Source: an uncultured Pseudomonadota bacterium (lineage in GTDB: Bacteria; Pseudomonadota; Alphaproteobacteria; JACZXZ01). Taken from it: a stretch of 64,000 bases of DNA. How positions within the stretch are numbered: position 1 is the stretch's first letter; every line of letters starts with the position of its first letter. The DNA lies in the NCBI GenBank assembly GCA_963749075.1, contig CAVVLJ010000021.1, positions 480,001 to 544,000 on the forward strand, given 5' to 3'. The notes beneath the pieces are model-generated. The model made no database searches. It saw only the letters and a list, made by a program, of their open reading frames with translations, and was not told the DNA's origin. The position numbers and the translations under genes are program-made. Below are positions 46,370 to 56,791 of the stretch, in pieces.

Positions 46370-49300
46370 ATGAGCGGTCTCAAGCTGGCGCACGGGATTA
46401 CCTTCGAGGCGCTCTACGCGCGCGAGGGCTGTCTTGCCCTCGACGAGCTCTTTTGCCGCCGGCTCGAGGCGGCCGATTTGACGCTTTTCAATCGGCTCAT
46501 GGCCGCGCGCGCGGCACCCGATGCGCTGGGCGACAAGGCCGAGGGCGATCTCGCGATCGCGCTGGCGCCGGAGCTCGAGGATTTCATCGCCGAGCTCTTC
46601 GGCATCGAGGCCGAACTGGCCCGCCTCGAGGCGGAGCATGAGCGCCTTGCCCCCCTCTATACCTGCAAGCGCCTCTTCGTGCAGCGCGACGCCGTGCGCG
46701 CCCACGGCGAGGCCCAGGCGGCGGCCTTCGACGGCGCCTCCTTGCGCGCCTCCCTCGACGCCCTCATCGGTTCCGGCTGGGACGAGCTCGTCTTTGCCAA
46801 AGCCGTGATGGCCTGGCGCGAGGACGAGACGGCCAACGCGGCACGTCTCGGCCTCGCGCGCCGCTATGCCGCCTGGGCGGTCTTCAGCGCCGAAGGCAAG
46901 GAGCGCTACCGAACGGGCGTCCTCTTCAAGGTGCCGCACAAGCTCGATTTCAACCGTCTCGTGCCGGTCGTGACCGAGAAACGCGACGGCTACGAGGCCA
47001 TGCGCGTCGATCTCCGCCACGCGCCGCGCCGCGAGGGCTTCGATCTCACGGACCATGGCGCCGACCTGACCCTCGGCCTCGACGACGCCAACTACTGCAT
47101 CTGGTGCCACAACCAGGGCAAGGACTCCTGCTCCAAGGGCCTCAAGGAGAAGCAGGGGCAAGGCTTCCGCAAGAGCGTCTTCGGCGTGACGCTGGCCGGC
47201 TGCCCGCTCGAGGAGAAGATCTCCGAGATGCACCTGCTCAAGGCGGAGGGCCATCCCTTGGGCGCCCTCGCCGTGGTCTGCGTCGACAACCCGCTCTGCG
47301 CGCTCACCGGCCACCGCGTGTGCAACGACTGCATGAAGTCCTGCGTCTACCAGCGCCAGGAGCCCGTGAACATTCCGCGCAGCGAGAGCCGCATCCTGGC
47401 CAACGTCCTGGCGTTGCCCTGGGGTGTGGAGATCTACGGCCTCCTCGGGCGCTGGAATCCGCTCGACCTGCGCCGGCCGGTGCCGAGGCCGGCAAGCGGC
47501 AAGAAGGTCCTCGTCGTCGGCCTGGGACCGGCGGGCTGCAACCTGGCGCACCATCTCATGAACGAGGGCCATACCGTCGCCGCCGTCGACGGGCTCAAGA
47601 TCGAGCCGCTCGAGCCGGCGCTTTCGGGCATCACGCAGGAAGGCGCGCGCGTGCCCTTTCAACCCGTCGAGCGCTTCGCCCAAATCCGCGAGCGCCTCGA
47701 CGAGCGCATCATGGCGGGCTTCGGCGGCCTCTCCGAGTACGGCATCACCGTGCGCTGGGACAAGAACTACCTCAAGGTCGCGCGCCTCCTCCTCGAGCGC
47801 CGCGCCGCCTTCCGCGCCTTCGGCGCCGTGCGCTTCGGCGGCACTCTCTCGGTCGGCGCGGCCTGGGCGCTCGGCTTCGACCACATAGCCCTCTGCGTCG
47901 GCGCCGGCCGGCCCACCATGCTCGAGGTGCCGAACGGCCTCGCGCGCGGCGTGCGCGCCGCCAACGACTTCCTCATGGGCCTGCAGCTCGGCGGGGCGGC
48001 GAAGCGGAACTCGCTCGCGGACCTCCAGCTCCGCCTCCCCGTGGTGGTGATCGGCGCCGGCCTCACCGCCGGCGACACGGCGACCGAATCGTTGGCCTAC
48101 TATCCGATCCAGGTGGAGAAGTTCCTCGCCCGCTACGAGGCGCTCTCGGCCGAAAGCGGCGAGGCGGCGCTCGCCGCCGCCTGGAGCGAGGAGGAGCGCG
48201 AGATCGCCCAAGAGTTCATGGCGCACGCGCGCGCCATCCGCGCCGAGCGCGAGGCGGCCGGGGTCGAGGGCCGGCCGGCGCGCATCCGCGAGCTTCTCGA
48301 CGCCTGGGGCGGCGTCACCATCGCCTACCGCCGCCGCCTCATCGATTCGCCGAGCTACACGCTCAACCACGAGGAGATCGAGAAGGCGCTCGAGGAGGGC
48401 GTCGCCTTCGCCGAATGCCTCCTGCCGCGCGCCGTCGAGCTCGACCGCCACGGCCACGCCAAGTCGATCCGCATGATGCGCATGGCGGCAGCCGCGGACG
48501 GCAAGCTCGCCGAGACGGGCGAGGAGGTGACGCTTCCTGCCAAGAGCATCCTCGTCGCCGCCGGGACCCGCCCCAACATCATGCTCGCCCACGAGGACGC
48601 CGCGCACTTCAAGCTCGACGGCCGCTATTTCCAGGCTCTCGACGAGGAGGGCCGGCCGGTCACCCCTGAGCGCGTCGCCAAGCCCGCGGTGGCGCAGGTG
48701 CTCGTGCACCTCGCCTCTGACGGCCGCGCCGTCAGCGCCTACGGCGACCTCCACGCCTCCTTCGCCGGCAACGTGGTGAAGGCGATGGCGAGCGCCAAGC
48801 GCGCCTATCCGCTCATCTCGCGCCTCCTCGCCAAGCGCCCGCCGTCCCGGATCGCCGAGGCGGATTTTTTCGCGCGGCTGAGCGAGGCCCTGCGCCAGCG
48901 CGTGGCAAGCGTGAGCCGGCTCGCCCCCGGCCTCGTCGAGCTCACCCTCGAGACACCCCTTGCGGCGCGAGCCTGGCGGCCGGGCCAGTTCTTCCGCCTG
49001 CAGAACTACGAGACGCTGGCACCACGGGCCGGAGAAACGCGCCTTGCCATGGAGGGCGTCGCGGCCTTTCCCTCGGCGGTCGACAAGGAGCGCGGCCTCG
49101 TCTCGCTCGTGCTCGCGACCGAGGGCGGCTCGAGCGTGCTCGCCGCCCTCCTCGAGCCGGCAGCACCCGTGGCCCTCATGGGCCCCAACGGCGCTCCGCT
49201 CGACCTGCCCGAGCGCGGCGCGGTGCTCCTCGCGGGAAGCGGCTTCGGCACGGCGGCCGTGATCCCGCTCGCGCGCGCCGCCAAGGAGCGCGGGCTCTCG

Positions 49301-49849
49301 ACGCTCGTCTTCGCGGGCTACGCCAGCGCCGATGGGCGCTTCATGGAGGCAGCGCTCGAGGCCCATGCCGATGCTGTGGTGTGGTGCAGCGAGAGCGGGC
49401 CGGCGGCACTACCCGGGCGCCCGTCGGACAAGAGCTTCGCGGGCGGCGTCGTCGACGCGATCCGCGCTTACGGCGAGGGCGTCCTCGGTGCCGCGGCACC
49501 GGCGCTCGGCGATATCGACCGCCTCATCGCACTTGGACCGGCAGCACTCTCGGCCTCCCTTGCCGCGGCGCGCGAGGGCGCTCTCGCTTCGCACTTCAAG
49601 CCCGACGCCATCCTCGTCGGCAGCATCGTCTCGCCCATGCAGTGCATGATGAAGGAGGTCTGCGGGCGCTGCCTGCAGCCGGTCAAGGACGCGGCGACGG
49701 GGGCGACGAGCCTCGTCTTCGCCTGCGTCGATGCCAACCTGCCGCTCGCACGCGTCGACACCGCCGCACTTGCCGAGCGGCTCGCCCAGAACGGCGTTGC
49801 GGAGAAGCTGACGCGGCGCTGGATCGCGCATTGCCTCGCGGCACCATGA
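46370..49849 (+). CDS. Large Fe-S flavoprotein: GltD-like N-terminal part fused to PyrK/NfnA-like C-terminal part
   Basis: YCIWCH..KDSCSKG, GCPL, GHRVCNDCMKSC, GLGPAG, GAGLT, RPGQFFRL, MQCMMKEVCGRC. Confidence 0.8.
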   Translation: MSGLKLAHGITFEALYAREGCLALDELFCRRLEAADLTLFNRLMAARAAPDALGDKAEGDLAIALAPELEDFIAELFGIEAELARLEAEHERLAPLYTCKRLFVQRDAVRAHGEAQAAAFDGASLRASLDALIGSGWDELVFAKAVMAWREDETANAARLGLARRYAAWAVFSAEGKERYRTGVLFKVPHKLDFNRLVPVVTEKRDGYEAMRVDLRHAPRREGFDLTDHGADLTLGLDDANYCIWCHNQGKDSCSKGLKEKQGQGFRKSVFGVTLAGCPLEEKISEMHLLKAEGHPLGALAVVCVDNPLCALTGHRVCNDCMKSCVYQRQEPVNIPRSESRILANVLALPWGVEIYGLLGRWNPLDLRRPVPRPASGKKVLVVGLGPAGCNLAHHLMNEGHTVAAVDGLKIEPLEPALSGITQEGARVPFQPVERFAQIRERLDERIMAGFGGLSEYGITVRWDKNYLKVARLLLERRAAFRAFGAVRFGGTLSVGAAWALGFDHIALCVGAGRPTMLEVPNGLARGVRAANDFLMGLQLGGAAKRNSLADLQLRLPVVVIGAGLTAGDTATESLAYYPIQVEKFLARYEALSAESGEAALAAAWSEEEREIAQEFMAHARAIRAEREAAGVEGRPARIRELLDAWGGVTIAYRRRLIDSPSYTLNHEEIEKALEEGVAFAECLLPRAVELDRHGHAKSIRMMRMAAAADGKLAETGEEVTLPAKSILVAAGTRPNIMLAHEDAAHFKLDGRYFQALDEEGRPVTPERVAKPAVAQVLVHLASDGRAVSAYGDLHASFAGNVVKAMASAKRAYPLISRLLAKRPPSRIAEADFFARLSEALRQRVASVSRLAPGLVELTLETPLAARAWRPGQFFRLQNYETLAPRAGETRLAMEGVAAFPSAVDKERGLVSLVLATEGGSSVLAALLEPAAPVALMGPNGAPLDLPERGAVLLAGSGFGTAAVIPLARAAKERGLSTLVFAGYASADGRFMEAALEAHADAVVWCSESGPAALPGRPSDKSFAGGVVDAIRAYGEGVLGAAAPALGDIDRLIALGPAALSASLAAAREGALASHFKPDAILVGSIVSPMQCMMKEVCGRCLQPVKDAATGATSLVFACVDANLPLARVDTAALAERLAQNGVAEKLTRRWIAHCLAAP

Positions 49850-50703
49850 CTGCCCTCGCCCGACCGGCCATCGACGGCGACACGCTGATCTTCGCCACGC
49901 CCGGAGATCCGGTTTCCCAGCTGCGCCTCCCCCTCGTCATGGGCCCGGTCTTTGCGGCACTCGCCATCAACGCGGTCTGGCTGCCGCTTCACGTCGACCG
50001 CGCCGGCTTGGCACTCGTGCTGCAAGCGCTGCGCGCGGTGCGCAACTTCAAGGGCATCACCGTCGCCATCCCCTATAAGACGGCGATCGCGGGCATGGTC
50101 GACCGGCTCTCCAGCCGCGCCCGGGCGGCGGGAACGGTGAACCTCGTGCGGCTCGAGGCGGACGGCGGACTTTACGGCGACATGACGGACGGCGCCGGTT
50201 TCGTGCGCGGCCTCGACATCCAAGGCTATGCGCCGCGCGGGGCCAAGGCGTGGGTCGTCGGCGCCGGCGGGGCCGGGGCTGCCATCGCCTCGGCGCTCGC
50301 CGCGGCCGGGGTCGATCGGCTCTATCTCACCGAGGTCGACCCGGCGCGCGGTGCCGCCGTCGTCGAGCGCCTCGGCGCGCACCACCCCGGCGTGCCGGTC
50401 GCCCTTGTCGCGGCACCCCCCGAGCCCGTCGATCTCGCCGTCAATGCCACACCTTGCGGCCTCAAGGCGGACGATCCCCTGCCCTTCGACCCGGCAGCAC
50501 TCCCCGTCGAGGCGATGGTGTGCGACATCGTCATGAAGCCCAAGGAGACGGCCCTCTTGAGAGCGGCCAGGGCGCTCGGCCTCCGCATCCATCACGGCCA
50601 CCACACCCTCGACAGCCAGATTCCCATGTACCTGAGCTTTTTCGGCTTTCCCGTCGCGGACGAGCACGCCATGATCGCTCTCGCAAGCCGCATTGCGGCA
50701 TAG
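49846..50703 (+). CDS. Shikimate dehydrogenase family (AroE-like)
   Basis: VAIPYK, GDMTDG, GAGGAG, NATP. Confidence 0.85.
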   Translation: MTALARPAIDGDTLIFATPGDPVSQLRLPLVMGPVFAALAINAVWLPLHVDRAGLALVLQALRAVRNFKGITVAIPYKTAIAGMVDRLSSRARAAGTVNLVRLEADGGLYGDMTDGAGFVRGLDIQGYAPRGAKAWVVGAGGAGAAIASALAAAGVDRLYLTEVDPARGAAVVERLGAHHPGVPVALVAAPPEPVDLAVNATPCGLKADDPLPFDPAALPVEAMVCDIVMKPKETALLRAARALGLRIHHGHHTLDSQIPMYLSFFGFPVADEHAMIALASRIAA

Positions 50704-50774
50704 CGAGCGGGCGGCAGCCGGGCGCCGGCCGACGGGTACCAAGAGAATCCGGCGGGGAGGACTGCGACGGCGCC

Positions 50775-51653
50775 ATGGCCGGCCTGCTGCAATTGCTGAT
50801 CTCCGGCCTTGCCTCGGGCGCCATCTACGCGCTCGTGGCGATCGGCTTCACGCTCCTCTGGCAGACCTCCCAGACCATCAACTTCGCCCAGGGCGAGTTC
50901 GTCATGCTGCCGGCCTTCTTCGTGCTCGCCGCCATGAGGTTCCTCGGTCTCGGCCTGTGGACGGCGCTCGCCTTCGGGCTCGTCGTCTCGCTCGTCCTCC
51001 TCGGCGCCATCTTCAAGAAGCTCCTCGTCGACCCGCTCCTGCGCCACGGCGTGCTGCCGCTCGTCATCGCCACCATCGGCCTCTCGATCTTCTCCAAGGA
51101 GGCGGTCAAGACCTTCTACAGCGGCGAGGCGCAGCGCTTCCCCGAGCTCGTCTCGGCCGGCACGATGCACTTGGGCGGCGCCGTGCTCTCGCTGCAGGAC
51201 ATCCTGGTGCTAGCGGTCGCGGTCGCCGCCGTGATTTCCCTGCAGCTCTTCCTCGCGCGCACCGAGACCGGCCGCGCCATGCAGGCGACGGCGCAGAACC
51301 GCACCGTTGCCGCCATCCTCGGCATCGCGGTCGAGCGCATGATCCTCTATACCTTCCTCCTCAACGCAGCACTGGTCTTCCTGGCCTCGGTCCTCATCAG
51401 CCCGATCTATCTCGCGAAGTTCGACAACGGCGACACGCTCGGCCTCGTCGCCTTCACCGCGGCCATCATCGGCGGCTTCAACCAGGTGCGCGGCGCCATC
51501 GCCGGCGGCTTCATCATCGGCATCGCCGACAATCTCACGGCGGCCTACATCTCGACCCAGTACCGCACCGCGGTACCGCTCCTTCTCCTCGTCGCGGTGA
51601 TCATTTTGAGGCCGCGCGGCATCTTGGGCCGCGTCGAGGAGCGCGCGGCATGA
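50775..51653 (+). CDS. Liv-type ABC permease (LivH-like)
   Basis: GAIYALVAIG, INFAQGEF. Confidence 0.9.
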   Translation: MAGLLQLLISGLASGAIYALVAIGFTLLWQTSQTINFAQGEFVMLPAFFVLAAMRFLGLGLWTALAFGLVVSLVLLGAIFKKLLVDPLLRHGVLPLVIATIGLSIFSKEAVKTFYSGEAQRFPELVSAGTMHLGGAVLSLQDILVLAVAVAAVISLQLFLARTETGRAMQATAQNRTVAAILGIAVERMILYTFLLNAALVFLASVLISPIYLAKFDNGDTLGLVAFTAAIIGGFNQVRGAIAGGFIIGIADNLTAAYISTQYRTAVPLLLLVAVIILRPRGILGRVEERAA

Positions 51654-52642
51654 GCGGCCGCCGCCGCCTCTGGGCCGGCGCCGCGGGAGCGGCGGCGCTC
51701 GTCTTTCTCGTAGCGCTGCCCCACGCGCTCAAGCCTTACGGCATCTATCTCCTGAGCCGCTGGGCCGTGCTCGCCATCGCGGCGATCGGCCTCAACCTGA
51801 CGCTCGGCTATGCCGGCCAGGTGTCGCTCGCGCAAGGAGCCTTCGTCGGCATCGGCGCCTATACGACGGCGCTTCTCGTGACCCACGGCTGGCCCTTCTG
51901 GTCGGCGCTTGCCGCCTCGAGCGGCCTTGCCTTCGCCGTCGGCTGGGCGCTCGGCTACCCCGCGCTGCGCGTGCAGCACCATTATCTCGCCTTCGTGACG
52001 CTCGCCTTCACGACGCTCGCCTTCCTCGTCTTCCGCAACGAGAGCTGGCTCACCGGCGGCGTCTACGGCATCAGCCGCATCCCGCGGCCGAGCCTCTTAG
52101 GCTCGCCTCTGGACGCGCCGATCGCTTATTTCTATTTCTGCCTCGCGGCCCTTCTCGCCGTGCTTGCCGGCACCTGGTGGATGATCCGCTCGCCCTGGGG
52201 CCGCGCCTTCATCGCACTCCGGGAGAACGCGCGGCGGGCGATCAGCCTCGGCGTCGACACGCGCGCCTATACGCTGCTCTCCTTCGCCCTCGGTGCCGCC
52301 TTGGGCGGCGTCGCCGGCGCCTTCTATGCGCCGCTCGTGCAATTCATCGATCCCGCCTCCTTCACGCTTCAGCAGTCGCTCGAGCTTCTGCTGATGGTCG
52401 TGGTCGGCGGCTCCGGCTATTTCTTCGGCCCGCTCGTGGGCGCCATGGTCGCTGTCCTCTTGCCCGAATGGCTGCGCATCGCCGACAGCTACTATCTCAT
52501 GGCCTATGCCGGGCTCGTGATGCTCCTCATGGTGTTCTGCCCCTCCGGCATCCTCGGGCTCTTCGAGCGCGCGCTCCGCACCCTCGGCGGCGGCTTGCCC
52601 CCGGCCGGCGCCGCGGCGCTTCGAGGGGAGCCGCAGCCGTGA
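51650..52642 (+). CDS. Liv-type ABC permease (LivM-like)
   Basis: GYAGQVSLAQGAF, GRAFIALREN. Confidence 0.9.
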   Translation: MSGRRRLWAGAAGAAALVFLVALPHALKPYGIYLLSRWAVLAIAAIGLNLTLGYAGQVSLAQGAFVGIGAYTTALLVTHGWPFWSALAASSGLAFAVGWALGYPALRVQHHYLAFVTLAFTTLAFLVFRNESWLTGGVYGISRIPRPSLLGSPLDAPIAYFYFCLAALLAVLAGTWWMIRSPWGRAFIALRENARRAISLGVDTRAYTLLSFALGAALGGVAGAFYAPLVQFIDPASFTLQQSLELLLMVVVGGSGYFFGPLVGAMVAVLLPEWLRIADSYYLMAYAGLVMLLMVFCPSGILGLFERALRTLGGGLPPAGAAALRGEPQP

Positions 52643-53382
52643 GCGCCGTCCTCGAGGTCAGGGGCTTGCGCAAGCGCTTCGGCGGAATTGCCGCCGTCGA
52701 CGGCGTCTCGCTCAGGGTCGAGGAGGGCGAGATCGTCGGCGTCATCGGGCCCAACGGCAGTGGCAAATCGACGCTCTTCGACTGCATCCTCGGCCAATTG
52801 AGCCCAAGTGAGGGCGAGGTGCGCATCGACGACCGCGACGTGACGGGCATGCGGCCCTGCGAGCTCAACCGCCTCGGCGTCAGCCGCACCTTCCAGATGC
52901 TGCAGGTCTTCCCGCAGCTGAGCGTGCGCGAGAACCTCATCCTCGCAGGGCAGGAGCACCGCGGCACCATGCTCTCGCGCCTGATCGGCGCGCGCGACGC
53001 GGGGCTCGGCGAGGCGGCCCAACGCATGATCGAATTCTTCCGCCTGGAGCGCGTCGCCCGCAACTTCGCAGGCGAGCTCAGCTACGGGCAGCAGAAGCTG
53101 CTCGACGTGGCCATGGCCTTCATGTCGGGGCCGCGGCTCGTGCTGCTCGACGAGCCGGCGAGCGGCGTCAACCTCACCATGCTGTCCGAAATGCGCGAGC
53201 GCCTCGGCGAGATCAACCGCGAGCGCCGCGCCACCTTCGTGGTGATCGAGCACAACATGGAGTTCGTCATGTCGCTCTGCTCGCGCCTCTTGGTATTGGC
53301 CGAGGGGCGCATCATCGCCGAGGGCGAGCCCGCCGCCATCCACGCGAACCCGCAGGTCATCGAGGCCTATCTTGGCCACTGA
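52639..53382 (+). CDS. Liv-type ABC ATPase (LivG-like)
   Basis: GPNGSGKST, LSYGQ, IEHNM. Confidence 0.9.
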   Translation: MSAVLEVRGLRKRFGGIAAVDGVSLRVEEGEIVGVIGPNGSGKSTLFDCILGQLSPSEGEVRIDDRDVTGMRPCELNRLGVSRTFQMLQVFPQLSVRENLILAGQEHRGTMLSRLIGARDAGLGEAAQRMIEFFRLERVARNFAGELSYGQQKLLDVAMAFMSGPRLVLLDEPASGVNLTMLSEMRERLGEINRERRATFVVIEHNMEFVMSLCSRLLVLAEGRIIAEGEPAAIHANPQVIEAYLGH

Positions 53383-54115
53383 CGCCATCCTCGAGTTGGC
53401 CGGCGTGGTCGCCGGCTACGGCCAGATGACGGTGCTCAACGGCACCTCGTTCCGCGTGCGGCGCGGGGCGATCACCACCATCATCGGCCCCAACGGCGCC
53501 GGCAAGTCGACGGTGTTCAAGGCGGTGTTCGGCCTGCTCAAGGTGGCAAGCGGCCGCGTCGCCTTCGCCGGCCGCGATATCACGAACAAGCGGCCGCGCG
53601 AGCTCCTCGGCCTCGGCATCGCCTACGTGCCGCAGGGTCGCAACATCTTCCCCGAGCTCTCGGTGCGCCACAACCTCGAGCTCGGCGGCGTCATGGCGCG
53701 CGACCGCACCAAGCTCCGCGCCCGCATCGAAGCGGCGCTCGAGCGCTTCCCGATGCTGCGCCGCAAGGCGGCCGCCCAGGCCTCGACCTTGAGCGGCGGC
53801 GAGCAGAAGCTCCTCGAGATCGCGCGCGGCCTCCTCCTCGAGCCCCAGCTCGTCCTCATCGACGAACCCTCGATCGGCCTCTCGCCCAAGCTCGTGGGCG
53901 AGGTGCTCGGCATCGTGCGGGACTTGCGCCGCTCCGGCGTCACCATCCTCATGGTCGAGCAGAACGCCAAGAGCGCCCTCGAGATCTCCGACGACGGCAT
54001 CGTGCTCGAGCTCGGCCGCGTCCGCCTCGAGGACGGCGCACGCGCCATCCTCCATGACCCGCGCATCGTCGACCTCTTCCTCGGCGGCACCACGCGCGAG
54101 GCGGGGGTGGGGTGA
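53372..54115 (+). CDS. Liv-type ABC ATPase (LivF-like)
   Basis: GPNGAGKST, LSGGE, DEPSIGL, VEQN. Confidence 0.9.
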   Translation: MATDAILELAGVVAGYGQMTVLNGTSFRVRRGAITTIIGPNGAGKSTVFKAVFGLLKVASGRVAFAGRDITNKRPRELLGLGIAYVPQGRNIFPELSVRHNLELGGVMARDRTKLRARIEAALERFPMLRRKAAAQASTLSGGEQKLLEIARGLLLEPQLVLIDEPSIGLSPKLVGEVLGIVRDLRRSGVTILMVEQNAKSALEISDDGIVLELGRVRLEDGARAILHDPRIVDLFLGGTTREAGVG

Positions 54116-54142
54116 GCGGGAGCCGGCCACGAGGTTGCGGCC

Positions 54143-54179
54143 TTGACGTTGCGGCAGTCGTACGGATATAGTCCGTACG
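54143..54179 (+). promoter_or_regulatory. TA promoter and operator
   Basis: TTGACG-N18-TATAGT; IR CGTACGGA-tatag-TCCGTACG. Confidence 0.65.
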
Positions 54180-54204
54180 CGCACACAGGATTACGGAGCC
54201 GGCC

Positions 54205-54483
54205 ATGTCGGTGACGGATGCGGCCCGCGGCGACCGGATCGAGTTGCGGGCGACGAAGGAGGAAAAGCGGATTCTGGCGGCGGCCGCAGCTTATGAGCGG
54301 CTGGATATGACCAGCTTCATCATGCGGAACGTGCTCCCTGCCGCGCGCGACGTGGTGGACCGTGCCGAGCGCATCGTGCTCTCGGCGCGCGACACGGCGC
54401 GCGTGCTGGCGTTGCTCGAGAATCCGCCCAAGCCGCCGCCTGCTCTCATGGCTGCCGCGCGCCGGCGTCACGCCCGGGGGTGA
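54205..54483 (+). CDS. DUF1778 RHH antitoxin (AtaR/TacA-like)
   Basis: RIELRAT.EEK, FI...A..V, LLENPPKP. Confidence 0.88.
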   Translation: MSVTDAARGDRIELRATKEEKRILAAAAAYERLDMTSFIMRNVLPAARDVVDRAERIVLSARDTARVLALLENPPKPPPALMAAARRRHARG

Positions 54484-55016
54484 TCTCCCTGCCGCCTTGG
54501 CGGGAGGAGCCCATCGCGCGGCATCATGACCGCAAGGCCTTCGATTGCGGCTCGCGCGAGCTCAATGACTATCTCGAGCGCTATGCCCGGCAGAATCACG
54601 AGTTCGGCGGCGCCAAGACCTTTGTAGCGGCGTCCGCGGCCGAGCCGTCTCGCATCCTCGGCTTCTATTCGATCAGCCCCGGCGCCGTCGAGTTTGCCCG
54701 CGTGCCGGCGAAACTGACCAGGAAGCTCGGCCGCTACGATGTGCCGGTCTTTCGCCTCGCACGGCTGGCGATCGATCTGGCCGTACAGGGCCGCGGGCTT
54801 GGCGGCGATCTGCTGCTGGCGGCCGGCGAGCGGGCATTGGCCGTCTCGGCCGAGGTCGGCGGCATCGCACTTGCCATCGACGCGAAGGACGGCAATGCCG
54901 TACGCTGGTACGAGCGCTTCGGCGCTCTCCCGCTTCTGGACGACCCGCTCAAGCTGATCCTTCCGCTCGGCATCATCGCCGATGCGATCAGGACGGCCGG
55001 GAAGCGGCAACGCTGA
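54480..55016 (+). CDS. GNAT toxin (AtaT/TacT-like)
   Basis: HDRKAFDCG, RLARLAID..VQGRGLG, IDAK. Confidence 0.88.
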   Translation: MISLPPWREEPIARHHDRKAFDCGSRELNDYLERYARQNHEFGGAKTFVAASAAEPSRILGFYSISPGAVEFARVPAKLTRKLGRYDVPVFRLARLAIDLAVQGRGLGGDLLLAAGERALAVSAEVGGIALAIDAKDGNAVRWYERFGALPLLDDPLKLILPLGIIADAIRTAGKRQR

Positions 55017-55049
55017 AGCGATGGCTCCTTGGCGCGCTGCCTCGCCGTT

Positions 55050-56198
55050 TCACTTGATCGGCCCGGAGAGCGGCGGCAGCGTGCGGAAGATCACCTGCTT
55101 GCCGCCCTTGACCTCGACCATGTAGCTCTCGCGGTCGACGTCGCCGTTCTGGTCGTAGGCGGTGTCGACGAGGAGGCCGGGATAGGTCTTGGTCGAGAGC
55201 CGCGCGCCGCGCAGCGTCGCGGCGAAGAGCTTGCGGTCGAACTTGCCCATCTTCTCGGTGATGACCTTGATGAGCTGGATCGCGTAATAGCCCTTGATGC
55301 CGTTGTGGTCGGTCTCGAAGCCGTATTCCTTCTTGAATTTCGCGGCAAAGGCTTTGATCAGCGGGTTCGGCACGTCGGCGCTGAGCCCGACATGTCCGAT
55401 GGCGCCCTCGGCCGCCGGTCCCGCGAGCTGGATCACCTTGGCGCTGATCAGCACGGTCTCGCCGAAGCGCGGCTTGTCGTAGCCCTGCTTCTTGAGCTCG
55501 GTCAGGAGGCGCGCCAATTCCTCCTCGTTGAGGTAGGAGAAGACCGCGTCGGCGCCCGACTTGATGACCGCGAGGGCCACGTTCGAGAAGTCGAGCTGGC
55601 CCTGCTCGGTCGAGATGTCGGCAAGCACCTTGATGCCGTCCTTGGCGAGTGCCGGAAGCATGATGTCCTGGCTGTCGCGGCCGTAGTCGTTGTTGACCCA
55701 CACGACCGCGATGGTCTTGAGCTTCACGTCCTTGGCGAAATAGGCGGCGAGCGGGGGCAGGCCCGCGGCCTGGCTGAGCGAGGTGCGGAAGGTATAATGA
55801 TAGCCCTGCTTGGTGAGCGGCGCCGCCTCCCCGCCCATGATCTGCGGGATCTGGGCCTGCTCGACCTCGGGCATGGTCACCATCACGTCGCCCGAGAAGA
55901 TCGGCCCGATGATCGCGTAGGGATCCTCGTCGATGGCCTTGGCGACCACGGCCTTGGCGACGCCGGCGTTGCTCTGGTTGTCGATGTGGGTGAGGTTGAT
56001 CTTGCGGCCGAGGATGCCGCCCTGGGCGTTGATCTCGGCCACCGCCATATCGGCGCCCTTCTGCCAGTTGAGGCCGGAGGCAGCGCCGGGGCCCGAGAGC
56101 TCGACGGTATCGATGATCTTGACCTCTTGCTGGGCAAGAGCAGGCGCCGCCGCGGCGGCGAGGGCAGCCGCAACGAGGAAAGCCAGGCTACGGTTCAT
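55050..56198 (-). CDS. Branched-chain-type ABC substrate-binding protein
   Basis: Signal peptide, ELSGPGA, EINAQGGILGR, NDYG. Confidence 0.88.
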   Translation of the reverse strand: MNRSLAFLVAAALAAAAAPALAQQEVKIIDTVELSGPGAASGLNWQKGADMAVAEINAQGGILGRKINLTHIDNQSNAGVAKAVVAKAIDEDPYAIIGPIFSGDVMVTMPEVEQAQIPQIMGGEAAPLTKQGYHYTFRTSLSQAAGLPPLAAYFAKDVKLKTIAVVWVNNDYGRDSQDIMLPALAKDGIKVLADISTEQGQLDFSNVALAVIKSGADAVFSYLNEEELARLLTELKKQGYDKPRFGETVLISAKVIQLAGPAAEGAIGHVGLSADVPNPLIKAFAAKFKKEYGFETDHNGIKGYYAIQLIKVITEKMGKFDRKLFAATLRGARLSTKTYPGLLVDTAYDQNGDVDRESYMVEVKGGKQVIFRTLPPLSGPIK

Positions 56199-56344
56199 CG
56201 CATCCTCCCGATGTGGAGCGAGGCTGCCCCGGAATCGGCGGAGACGCCCGTCGCTCTTTTGGCGAGCCCTTCGCGGCTCGCATTCATTCAAGCCTAGCAC
56301 CTGTGATCCGCTTTCGGAAGGTGCCCTACGCCGACACTCCTGCG

Positions 56345-56791
56345 TCACGTGTGCCCGCCACCGATCAGCGGGTTCACCACCGCGAGCCCCGAAAAACGGC
56401 TGAAGTCTCGATCTGCAGACCATAGCTCGCGCACGCCATGCTGCCGGCAGAGCGCCGCAACCCGCGCGTCATGGACCTGTGCTCCGGCAACGCGGCCGCC
56501 CATGAGCAGCGCGCGCAACGTCGTCCAGTGCGCCGTCGACTCGGCCAAGAGCGCCAGCGTCGGCGATTCAAGCCATGCTTCCACCTGGTCCAGGGCCTTG
56601 GCCAGCGGTGTGGGCGGCGCGTAAATGCGTGGATGCGTCACAATGGCGAGGAACTCATGCAGGCACGGCCAGGGAATGGCCCAGCTCGCCGGCCCTTCGG
56701 CAAGCTCCGCCACGCGCCGGAAGGCCACGTCGTGGAACGGCGAATCTTCGCGATGCGCGTAGACGAGAACGTTGGTGTCGACGGCGATCAC
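56345..56791 (-). CDS. vapC: VapC PIN-domain toxin
   Basis: VDTNVLVYA, LHEF, VHDA, SADRDF. Confidence 0.9.
   Translation of the reverse strand: MIAVDTNVLVYAHREDSPFHDVAFRRVAELAEGPASWAIPWPCLHEFLAIVTHPRIYAPPTPLAKALDQVEAWLESPTLALLAESTAHWTTLRALLMGGRVAGAQVHDARVAALCRQHGVRELWSADRDFSRFSGLAVVNPLIGGGHT

Noticed and set aside
35221-50703. aroQ and aroE-like gene as a linked quinate/shikimate pathway
   Set aside because: 14 kb apart in different compositional contexts; no evidence of linkage.
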